Positions 39,301 to 51,300 of a stretch of DNA of 64,000 nucleotides are shown piece by piece (within the stretch, counting starts at the first letter, position 1; every line of letters begins with the position of its first letter). The translations under genes were made by a program, and so were the position numbers. Under the pieces are notes generated by a model, which was not told the origin of the DNA, did no database searches, and was given only the letters and a program-made list of their open reading frames with translations. The stretch lies in assembly GCA_964234715.1 (NCBI GenBank), contig OZ174276.1. One strand, 5' to 3'. Source of the DNA: Podarcis melisellensis (lineage: Eukaryota).

Positions 39301-42300
39301 GGAGTTTACAGGTACACTGCCTAAGGTGTTGGAACTTAGTGCTGAAGTACTGGATTATCCTGCAAACACCCACCAAAGAAACAATATATGCAACAAAGCC
39401 CACTGGCAGCTCTGTCCATCTGTTTATTATGGCAACACTATTGCTGGACAGTCATGTTGACTATTTACCATATCTAGTGCCATAGTATATCCTCTTCCAT
39501 CACTGCCCTGCAGTGGTCTTTTGGGTTGTGGTAGGGTGGGGATGAGCAAAGAAAACTGTAAATGAAACATTAATTAATATATATTTCAGTTCTTCTAGAT
39601 GCCCTATTTCTGGCCAGTGTTTCAATATTCACAGCTCCTAAGTCAGAAATAACATTTTAAAGAGTTTGAGGGTGTTTCTTCTGCTAGGCAGTGGACAAAT
39701 GACCCCCACTTTTGTTAAGCAGCCCTTAAACATGTTGCTCAGTGCATCACTGTAATGTGCAGTTAACCTTTGTTTCACCTTAAGCTCAGTTTCCAGCCGT
39801 GTTTATATATACCTCAGTTCTTCAAAACTTAGCTCATCTTTATTGGAATAGGACAGCCTTCCCCAATGTGGTACCCTCCAGATATTTTTGACATTATCAC
39901 AGGTCACTGGTTGGAGCTGATGGGAATTGGAATCCAAACTGGAGTTGTTTCCTTCGAAAGGAGGTACTCTCTTAATTTGAGAGCTATAAGAAAAGGGTTG
40001 ACCAATTAGCAGCTAAAGTCTGATGAATTTCACAAGTACTGATTACACTGAGTTATTGTATCATGATGGGAAACCATATTAAAAAAAAAGCATGCACCTG
40101 TCTAATTCAAAGACAAAGAACTAAAATTTCTAGATATCTTAAATGACAGTGCTGTAGAATAGTTGGTTATGGCAGGAACTATAGACCTGTTATTGAGTGG
40201 CTCCCAGGACCTGGTACAAGAGGTAAAATTAAATTTAAAATTCCCTACATGTTTTTATTTATAATTTTAATGATAAGTACATTTATAATCTGCCCTATCC
40301 TGTTGGTTTAGTGTTCCATATATACACATTTAATCTGGTTGTTAAATGTCAGCACAAAGAGGAGAATTCTACAATTGTTTTGCAAGTATTTTATTTTGCT
40401 ATTCAACAACATTTCTTGACTCATTTAAATTTTTTTTTAAAGAAAAGTGACTTTTCTTTATTTTTATTTCCTGAGAATCGGCCATCTTAGAAATAAACCA
40501 TTCCATAATGTCTGTCTGATAGTGTGAAAGCCTATGTAAGTTTGTATCGTGCATATCCATGTAAGATTTAATATTTTTGGTAATCTGAACAGTGTGTTTA
40601 CAGCCACCCTGAATAAAGTTACTGATTTTATAAGTAAAGTTCCCTAATCAGACTGCTACCCAGAGAAATTACAAACAGGTTGTTACTGAAAGGTTGTAAC
40701 TGTGGCTGGATATATTGTTTTTTCTTTTATAAATAATTTGGGTTCTGTTTTGTAGTCTACCTCAAACTTCAGGTATTTTACAATCTAGCCCTTCCAACCG
40801 CTTTGTCATTGCTATTTCTTACATTAACTTCATGTGAGCTAATCTCACTCACATTAGCTGCACATGAGCCACTTTCTCACATTAGTGTCCCATGCATGAA
40901 TTGATCTTTCTCTTCTGATGCTGTAAATGTAAGAAGGGTTTTGGACAATTTGTCATGAATGAATTTGAGGGATCGGAACTTTATTTGCTGTTCTTAAATG
41001 CTGGCCCAGGTTAAGCAAAATTTGTGTTGGATATTTTATGTTGTAGCATGTAGGTTTCTTTCACTCAGATCAGAGCAATACAGTGATGCTAGCAAATTCC
41101 TTACTGCTTGAGTTATTCTTTGTTCTCTCTAATTGTAGCTGCCCCAGGAACAATTTTGCCTACAATTGACTACAAAGTACAGAAGCTAATTCAATACCAT
41201 CAAGATTTTCAGTATTTATGGTTGATAGTTGGCTCAATCTGTAACTGGGTGATTTTCGAGTACTGTACTCAAAATTTAGTGTATAGAAGCACATTGAAAA
41301 TCTTAGGTCAATATGCAACATCAGCCACCAGGAACACACACCAATTTGAACCACCTGTTGGATCCCAGTAGTTTCCTGAGCTTTAGTAAAGTGCTAATGA
41401 CCTTTAGAGGCTTGGCTTTTGATACCTCTCTGCACCTGGCCTGGGGCGGGGCCTGACAGGCCTCATAAGGACTGCTCCTGTGACTGCTGCCCAGCAAGCA
41501 CTGGGGTATTCCAGCTGAAGTTTGGAAGAAAAAGTTTGCTGGTAGGTTCAGAGAAACTGTTTCTTAGCACACATTTCAGCTTAGAGCATTCATTGTTTCA
41601 ATACGTGATGAAGGCTCCTAGCTTAGATGGTTCTCTTGCTCTCTCTCTCTTTTAAAGGTCTAGACAAGTTAATGGAGATTAGATACATCAATGACTATTA
41701 GCAGTAGTAACTAATGAAAAATGGGTATTCTATCTGCTTAACAAATACGGGGTAGTTGTTGTCTTCATGATCTGCTTGTAAACTTTCCTATGGCATCTGA
41801 CCAGTTACAAAGTGCTGGATTAGATGGATCATTGTTGCTGTGATCCACTTAGGCCATTCTTTTCTTGCATTCTAGTAGATCAGGTTATGCATTTTAGCTT
41901 ACGTTCCCTAGTTTACAAAATTTATGAAAGTAATTACAGAATAAACTGTACAGGATTTTTTGGTTTAACGACAAATGTGTTGCCACTTTGGTATGTAAAT
42001 AGTGTTGAAAAATGGAAACTTAATGGGAATCAGTAAACTGTTAGCAGGTAAATCTGAGATCCTATAGATTTGTGCTTGATTGAATGGTTCTTGGTGGCTT
42101 TATAGTTTCATTTGTCAGTTTAATCATCATTCCCTTGACCTCAAAAACTTGACCTCAAAAACTGCAAATCACAAGTAGCTCCACACTTTACAGAGTAATC
42201 ATCTTTCCTTGGGATACACAATGGTTTCCCATAGGCATCTGGTTGGCCACCTTGAGAACAGAATGCCAGAGTACATAAGCTTTTGATTTGGCCTGGCAAG

Positions 42301-45300
42301 GCTCTTCTTTTGTTCTTACAGTGTGACCAGCACACATCCTTAACAGTTTGTGAACAAATGAAGCTGCCTTACGGAAGCAGACCATTGGTCAACCTCATTT
42401 GTATTCGTCACTCCAGCAGCACTGGATTGCTGATGTCTGAGGCAGACAGTTTCCCCACTTCTTGATATCTGGAATTCTTTTGAATTGTGTATGGTGGGGA
42501 TCAAACCTGGGGACTTGTGCAAGCAAAACACTTCCTCCAAATATATTGGGGAGATGTAGCCCAGTTGGGGCTCCCTGGCATGTTTAGGCAGGTGTTGTAT
42601 GCCACACGTCTTTCCTTTTACACTTCGTTTGCAGCAGGAAATATTGGTGTAACAGCATTGATGGGTATAGTATTACATAATGTTTCAGGTAACGTTTTGG
42701 GGAAGTGAACTCCAACTGCCTATGACAGTCATCCTTGCCTTCTATCAAAGTTCTCCTTTCTGCAGAACCTGCTTCTTCTGCAAAGCAGGACCATCCTACC
42801 CTCATATTTTCCTGTACTGTACTGTCTGCTGTCACAACTATATCTCCCCCACCCCCCATGTGTTGGTCAAACTGTTATCTTCTTTCATCTCTCGCCTGTC
42901 TGTTGTATCCAGAGCCCTACAAACAGGGATCGTGTCAGTTCTTCCTTCCATACAGGCCTTTAATTGTTGGTCCTAGATAAATGAAGAGTAGAAGCTGGAA
43001 TGGGAGTTATCACTACTTTTGGAATTGTTAGCAAAAACATCAGTTTCTCAAATTCTATTCTAGAACTCTGTACCCATTACAGTTAATACCTGGACACAGC
43101 GATGATGACTTTCCTTTGGAAAGGCGGCTACCTTCAGATACTAACAAATATATGTCTATAAATATTCTTATAATGGTTCTGCTTCCACAGTGAGCAGATA
43201 ATAAAGTGTTCTTCATTACAGAGATTCAGAGAGGTGCATGAATTTTTAGCAATGAGTATAACAGGGTTGCAATTTTCTGGCACAGTGAATGGGGTTGGGG
43301 ATGAAGTTAGACTATTTCCCCAGCTGTGAGCCATTTGTGTAGTTTCAAATTAGGATTGAGGGAAATCTAGCAATGAAAGTTAGGTTTGTCAACAAAGGAA
43401 GCTGTGTAAATTGGCACTAAAATCACTTTATTTTCACCCAGACAAAATTTTTCTTTAAAGGGTTTAGAAGCAATCTTTCTCTGCTTTTCGGCTCCTTTGA
43501 TGAAAGACATATTTTATGTAAAGTGAACTGGGGCACTTATAAAGTAGTAGACTTCTCTCAAGTGTGTAACAAAAATACTGGAAAATGCTTCAGAAAATAG
43601 GGTGGCTATAGAACCATAGAACTGTAGAGTTGGAAGGGACCACAAGGATCATCCAGCCCAATAGTGCAGGAATCTTTTGCTAGGCTAGATCTGTAAGTGG
43701 CCCACCCACTGCTTATTACTTTTGACAGGTAGGTGGGACCACCTGTGACACTTAGATGACATTGGGTGATATCAGATGTGTGATATCACTTTCAAAGGAA
43801 GAATTTGGCAAATACTTTGAAGTGCCCTCTTAATTCTTCCTTTGGAGCCACGGCTTGAATTTCAAGGCACAGCTTAGTTAAAATACAAGTCCCACTTTCA
43901 GCAGCGATCTGCTCTGCTCAGGGACTCTGATATGGAGCTCCTGAGTGGAGCTGATTAAAGCAGGGCTTGCTTTCAGTGCTGAGTTTAAATTCAGTGCTCA
44001 ATGCAAGCCCCACTTTCAGCAGGGATGGGTCCACTCAGGAGCTTCCAAATGGAACTAATCCCATTAGGACTTTCCTTTGGCATCAAATTTAAAGGCACTG
44101 AATGCAAACCCCTTTTACAGAAGAACAATCGGGAGCACATTATGCGCCACAGCCCATTGAAATGGGTCTTGTGGGCTGAATTAGGACCACAGCAGGCCTA
44201 ATTTGCCCTGCAGCCTGAGCTTTCCCACCCGTGTCTTAATCTGTCAAACATAAGCACCCTATGAAGATTACCACTGGGGCAATGCACTTCAGCTCTGCCT
44301 CTAGCTGAAACTTCAGTCTGTACTTGAGTCAGAAACATCTAAAACTTTTTGAAATATATGATACAGGGACAACATCATCTTCATCTCTGGAATGTTTTGA
44401 GAATCACTATAGAGTTGCCTAGATAATATAAATGTGGATGACACAAATGTCACTGTATTGCAATACATACATGAATAGGTCTACATATATTTAAATGAGT
44501 TTTTAAAGTTGTAGTGTTTGGCTGTGGTTTCTGTGAGAAATCTGTGTTAGAGACAGCTTGGAAATCTGCAGCAGGAAAACCTACTGCAAGTCTGTATTAT
44601 TTTCTTGGTACCATTTATGTCAAAACCAGACTCTTTGTGACACATAAGTGACAGAACAGGGAGTCTGCCAATTCAGCATCACTCTCATGGGCCTCACTAG
44701 GAATTGCAGCTATGTTGACCAGCTCGTCAGTGTACCAAACAAGGAAAGTTGTGTTGTATATTTGGTTTTGTTAGCCAGTTATAGACCACAAGCAGAATTT
44801 TATAGCTTTTTAGGCAGGGAATGCTCTGAAAACACTTGAGGCTCTGTCAGGCAAACACAAGGCAGAGTAGTGTAGCTAGATTTTTTACTTCAGTAATTAC
44901 AGAAACACCCTAGGCCTTTCTGGTTTTATAAACAATGAAATGCTTGATGTTTAGCAGGAATTATTGTCAAGACCTTCCTTTCCAGTATGTTGATACTGAG
45001 TGTTGAATTCTCCTGTCCACTGTACAGTTATCACCCCTTTCTAGCTCCAGCCCCTCTGAACATGCTGCCAGTTTTACCTCATCAGACCCTATGTGACTGA
45101 GGGGTATTTTAATTTGTTTGAAAGGAGTGAAGAGAGGATATAGGCAAGAAGAGCCACTGGCAAAAGCTCTGTTCTGTGGAGAGAGTTGGTCAAGTAAACG
45201 TGTTGGGAGTGGAGATATCGGGAACAAAAGTAACAAATCTTTTAGGAAAACAAAAACAAATGTTTTGCAGGGTTTATATTTTCTATTTTTTGTTGATGAA

Positions 45301-48300
45301 ATGCCTGAACCCTCAGGGTCAATACAAGTGGTTCTTAAATAGTGGGTTGTAAGCTTTGCTGTATGTTCCTAATACTGAGTGTTGAATACGATATAATGTG
45401 ACATATGATGCTCTCTGCCTAATGGACTATCCCTTCTTCTGGAAATTAGGGGGATGTAATCTTGTTTCTGGGTTTAATAGGTAAAAAAGAATGTTGCTGG
45501 TTGCTGCTCTGTGCATGAGGTGTTTGTTGATGTGTGAGGCTTTTTAACTTGAAAAGCTATAGCATAGCTGTATTTTTCTTCTTCACTGGCAGCATTGAGA
45601 AGCTAGAGTATTGGAGCAATTTATTCTCGATGGCCAAAGCTGACAAATAACAGAGGGAGTGCAATAGATGTAGGTAGAAAGCAACCAGTTTTGATGCCTC
45701 ATACCTAATCTACAGAGTCCTGCATTGGTTTATCCCAATTGATCATGTGCTTACAAGTGACTTGCTAGACGTGGGGCTAAACTGGGAGTTGTAGGCCCTT
45801 AGACATTGACCTTCCTGTGTTTGTTGTCACGGTGTTTGTATGGTTCTGTCAGTTTTTCCTGTGTAAATTTTTCACTGGGGAGGGTGGTACCTTGTAACCA
45901 AATGTCATGATATTGAGGAAACACACAGAATGCTAGAACTGAAGTCGAAAGATGCAGTGTCCTAGCAACATGAGAGAAACATTCACTACTAATAAAGTTG
46001 CAGTTCTGCAGGGTGCCCTAGTGAGCACAAAGCAGCTAAAGAGTGAGTTTTCAAAATGAGATCTCTTTGCTAGCTTCTGTCATGTTGTTGTGTACCCAGT
46101 GACAAAAGATGTGGGTATGGGTGGAAGGTTTCTTATGTGGTCTGCAGCGCATTAAAGCCTAAGAACCACTGAGCAATCATAAGGGAAGTGAAACAATATA
46201 TATATATATATATATTTAACAATGTTTGAAAGGCTGTTTTTCTTCTCATTTGACATGCAGCAAGGACATATGGGAGAAGGCGAGGTAACAACATTCCTCT
46301 TTAATTTTCTGATGTTTAAAATGTCTCATGGCACAGCTAATGCACAATCTGCTTCTGTAAGGAGGACTGGAAGCAGTTTTTTTTAAAAAAAGCCAGGCTT
46401 CCTCAATTTGCATGCTGTGGTAACCTTTAGTAACTTAATGTAGTGGCTCCCAAAATTAAGACTACCTAGGCAGAATTAGGATAGTTATACAAAGGCATGG
46501 GGTTGAGGAGGCGTCAATCAGTGTTACTACAGTGTAGACTATATAATATATATAGAGGTCTGACCTTATGTGTGGGTGTGGGTGGTTATTGCTTAGAAAA
46601 GCACCTAAGTGACTTGGGCTCCAGGTCTATTTTTCAAAGGTGACTTTGGCCATGATGCACTGTAATAGGAAAAAGACAATGGTTATCATATGTATTCTGA
46701 CATGGGTGATTTAATACTGCTTCTTAAATTTTAGTGGTAATCTTAAATAGTGGTAGTGCTTCTTAAATTGTGGAATCAGATTGCTTTTCTGGTTCTCTCC
46801 TGTGAACAAGCTAAAAATCTCTGTGTCTGAGAGGTGCCTGGAGCCTTGGAACTGTAATTGTGTGTTTTGAAGAGCTCCTCAGCTGCTGCTTCATAATAAT
46901 AATAATAATAATAAATAATAAAATTTATATGCCATCCATCTGATTGGATTGCCCCAGCCACTCTGGGCAGCTCCCAACAAAAAATAGTAAAAGCACAATA
47001 CATCACACACTAAAAACTTCCCTAGCTTGGGTTGGGGGCACTAGCAATCATAATTTGAAGTTGGGGGGAGTTTCATGTCATTTGTGAAAATGGATCCTGG
47101 CAATTAAGTCACTTAGGTGCTTTGTGGAATGAGGGAACTGCATTGCTCGGACTTCATCCTCTGAACTTGCATGTTGAGTAAATAACCATGAATACATGCC
47201 ACTTTGCTTAGCTTCTTCAACACTTTCTTGCTTGGGGTGAGGGAAGCATTTCTGCAATAAGAGTAGAGTAGTAAGGAGAGTTAATACTAAAGAAAAGGAA
47301 GAGTGGCTATATGTAGTCCAGGAAAAGGGTCTGCAAATTTAGTTTTCAAAGAGAATTCATCCCTTTCAGTGGGTTTCAGATCATTACATTAAAAAGCAAA
47401 TGTTCTAGAATGCTGGTAATGATAATGGGATTAATATTGTTGTGCTCATCTTCTAAACAGGAGTTGTATTTTTTTGATAGGTTGTGGTAAACTGGTTCAC
47501 TGTTTATTAGTGACTCAGATTTTATTGACATGTTTGACTTCTGGGGGCACCCCTTGATCAGAGAGGTGAGGCGTTTGAGAGGAGGAGGCAGATCTTCTTA
47601 CACTGATCTACCCTTTAGCCCTTCAGCCAAGAACCTTACAGTTGCCACTTCCCATGTCAAAAGGAACCTATGACATTCCTGTTGCTGCCCTTGTTGAATG
47701 ATCACATAGAGGAAAGCATGACACTGCCATTGCCAATATGTGTAGCTTGCCATATTCAGTATATAAGGAACAATGTTTTCAACCATCTTGGTGTACTCTA
47801 AATAAAACTGCACTGTGATGTTTCATCAAAAAGGGATTGTAACACATTTTTTCCTTCCGTGTGAATGTTAATTTAAAAGAAACTGGAACACTAGCCAGAA
47901 ACACAAGTTTCCAGCCTGTCTTGAAATGATACAGGAAGTCAGGTGCTAAAGTGATCAGTTTTGTCTATATGAATGTTAAGCGGTATGAAACAAAGTACCA
48001 CTTTCACAGTAACATATACAGTAAGTACCATAGCAAGGAGACCCCTACATAATTAATAGCAGAATGATTCTTGAAACATGGCTTTCCTAGATAATCCATT
48101 AATCTTGTATAACATCAAGGTACTGGTTACTATTAGGAAACAAAACCACCTAGAGTCTACATCTGTCTGTGGTGGTACATCTGTACCTGGACTATATCAC
48201 TTCAGTCTGAAAGAGTGAAGAGTCAGAGAACCAAATGTTTCCTCTGCAAAAACATCATTGTACATTGAAAGCTGGCATATTAGGGGTAAGGCTAGACTAT

Positions 48301-51300
48301 AACCTTTCCCCCTGACATGCTAATCTTATATGTGTGGGGACTTTTCTTATATGGAAAAACACACAATTGCATAAGTTCTTACTTCTCGTATGTAGTGGCA
48401 CAGCCAAGACTGATGAATGAGCCTCAACTTGTTTCATGTTGGCTAGGAAATAAGCTGAGAAGTAACCAGTTTATTTCTAAGCCAACTACCCTTTGTTTAC
48501 TGGATTTTACTCATCTACTAGTGGTGTTCTGGCTCAGGCAGTAGTGGTAGCACGCTGCAGGGAAAAGCAAAGGAGGGGCGTCTCACTCTTCCTTTCCCTC
48601 ATTCTCATAACAAAATCAGGGAAATGTAGTTTTCCCAACAACAATGTTGGTAGGCACTAGAAAAAATGATTTTCCAGGGGTTAATTGTGGCTCACATACC
48701 TACGAAGGTAGAAGAAGGAAACCTTCTTTCCTTGCTGATACCACCATTGGGGATGAAGGGAAGGACCTCAATAATGTTTGAGGTCAATATTCATTTTGGT
48801 GGTGTATTTCTATACTTTTGTGATGACCAGTGGTTTTTGCAAATAAATTTGGCTGGTTGCTTAGTGGAGGAAGTTTGGGAATAGGCTACTGGGTAAGAAG
48901 GGAGTGAGTGGGTAGAAGTTTGGGAGTCTGATTGGATGGAAGAGGAATTATTCTATAGATAAGAATAAAACCTGAGCTGAAGAAGAGTTCAGGGGTGACA
49001 GGAATACTTGCTTCAAGGTTGGGGGCAAGTATTAAGTTTTTATTCTGCCTTTCCTCCTGAAGTTCAGTGAGGCATGCATTGTTATTCCTTCCCCATTTTA
49101 TCCTCAAAGCAGCCCTGTGAGGTAGGTTAGGCTAAGAGAGAGAGACTGTCCAAGGTCTTCCCAGCACTAACAATTATGTGATGCTGTATGCCAAGCATTA
49201 TGAGACCTATGAAACTCATACTTCCAGGAAGAGTTACAGCATTAGTTGGTTTACTGTGTCAGTAAAAACTAGGGCTAAAGAATTTCAGATTTGGGCAGGG
49301 GAGTATTTGTTTGGTAAGATATTTTACTACTGCTGTCACATTGTGACTGTTCATGATTTCAAGTCTCTGAGATTAAAGTGTAAATTAGATATGGGATATT
49401 TCACTTCATCTGAACTATGCAGTTATATGGGGTTAGCCGACATCTTGCAACTTGCAGTGCCACAGCATTCTTCATACGATATTGGGGAAAGGCACCAAAA
49501 TTATTCTTAATATATTTGATAAAGCATTTATTTGCAGCATATGTTTGAAAAATATTCAATTTGGTGTGTGTTGAGAAGAGAATTGGGGGATATATTGACG
49601 GTAGAGGTTAGACATTTAATGATTTTGATTGTGCTTGTTTTACCTTGAGCTGCCTGCATAACAGCTGAGAGAAAAATATTGAATTAATAAATAATATTAA
49701 AATGAGGTTTTCCTATTTTGTTTCATAGATAGCATTAACAGGGCATCTTCGTATACCAAGAGGTCAGGCTGTAGGAGTAAGAAAGACATGTAGTTAATGT
49801 TACTGTTAATTATGTACACAAAAGGGGAAGTGCTCTGACATGTCTGATGTAACAGTTAATATTAATGAAATAATTGTATCTATCCAAATAGAATTTTCTT
49901 CTGTTAGTATGTTTTGCATTTCCCTCCTCTTTTCCATTGCAGGTCAGTCTTCACTGTTCCCAATGGAAGATGGGTTTTTGGATGATGGACGTGGGGATCA
50001 GACGCTCCATAGTGGCTTGGGATCACCACACTGCTTTTCCCACCAGAATGGCGAGCGAGTGGAACGGTACTCCCGCAAGGTGTTTGTAGGTGGTTTGCCA
50101 CCTGATATTGATGAAGGTATACTTGGACATCAGTATAGCCAAGAATACCCACATTAACCATAAGGGCCAAGGCTTAATTGCGACACGTGGGAGGGGTGGA
50201 CCCTCATGTCTTGGCTATGTGCAATTTTTGGGGGGCTGTGAAAATAATTACCTAAACTATGAGCTGCCAAATATGCAAGCTGCTGGGTTATGAACTGTGA
50301 GGATAAGGAGTTATGAGCTGGACAGCTCATGCGATAGTTTTTCTTTCCATCTAGTTCCGTTAGTTGCATATTATGTTGAATGACATCATAAAACTCTTTA
50401 TGAAGGTCTTTTATTTTGGAGATGGCTGTGCTTAAGACTTTATGTTAAAGCCATTAATACAGGCACAAATTTAGATCAGTGTCTGACTTAGAAGTGGAGT
50501 GCAGTGCTTTGATTGTTTTAGGGAGCAATACACAAGGCACTGCCTTTTTGTAACCACTGTATATTTCACTGGGGGAATGAATTATCCCTACACCTCAAAT
50601 CTGTTTTAAGCATAATTAACACTGTTGGGGGTGTGCCTAATAGGGTGAGAGTTTTTGCAGTATAGGCTTTCATTTGAAAACAGGGTTTAAGTAGATGGAC
50701 AACCATGGGTGAGTTTCTTTAGCTGAATGGGTCTCTGCCATGGGTATCTATTTTGTATTGTTCATGGTTGGTTTTGGTTTTTAAAATATATATGTTGTTT
50801 TTAAATGCTTTTTGCTATTTTTATTGTGCATTGCCTTGAAACATTTGTGTCGAAGGCAGTTAGTTGATAATAAATAAATAATAGATCCCTCTAGGTAATT
50901 AGTTATAAGAACAAAATAATGCCTCATTTTAAACAATAATTTACATTACTTTCTTTGGGATAGCTAACCCTAAAATACTATTTTCAAATTCTGTTAATTT
51001 GGAAAAACAGTTTTTAGTAAGCTGCAAGCAATGTCTCAATATCTCTTTAGCACCTCTGTTGCTTGCATGCATATGAAAGTATCTGGAAGGCTTGTGACTG
51101 GGTCAGAGATCATTTGCTTTTGGGAAAAGAAATCCTGACACATGTTGAAATCCAGAGGATAGTTTGAGATGGATTTAAGGAAAATAGTAAATGAATGGAA
51201 GTGGGTAGATCACATATATTTTATTTATTCAGATACTGTGTTATAGAGAAACACTAAATTTTCTTCCTTTAAATAGCTTTAATTATGAGTTTGTTTTAAA

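Noticed and set aside
15383-46260. CPEB3-type HDV-like ribozyme or hammerhead ribozyme in the large introns
   Set aside because: The paralog CPEB3 carries an intronic HDV-like ribozyme, but I saw no matching sequence here, and the CTGATGA/CTGACGA hits (e.g. ~26963, ~39126, ~40020) lack stem II plus GAAA. Only an Infernal/RNArobo search could exclude one.
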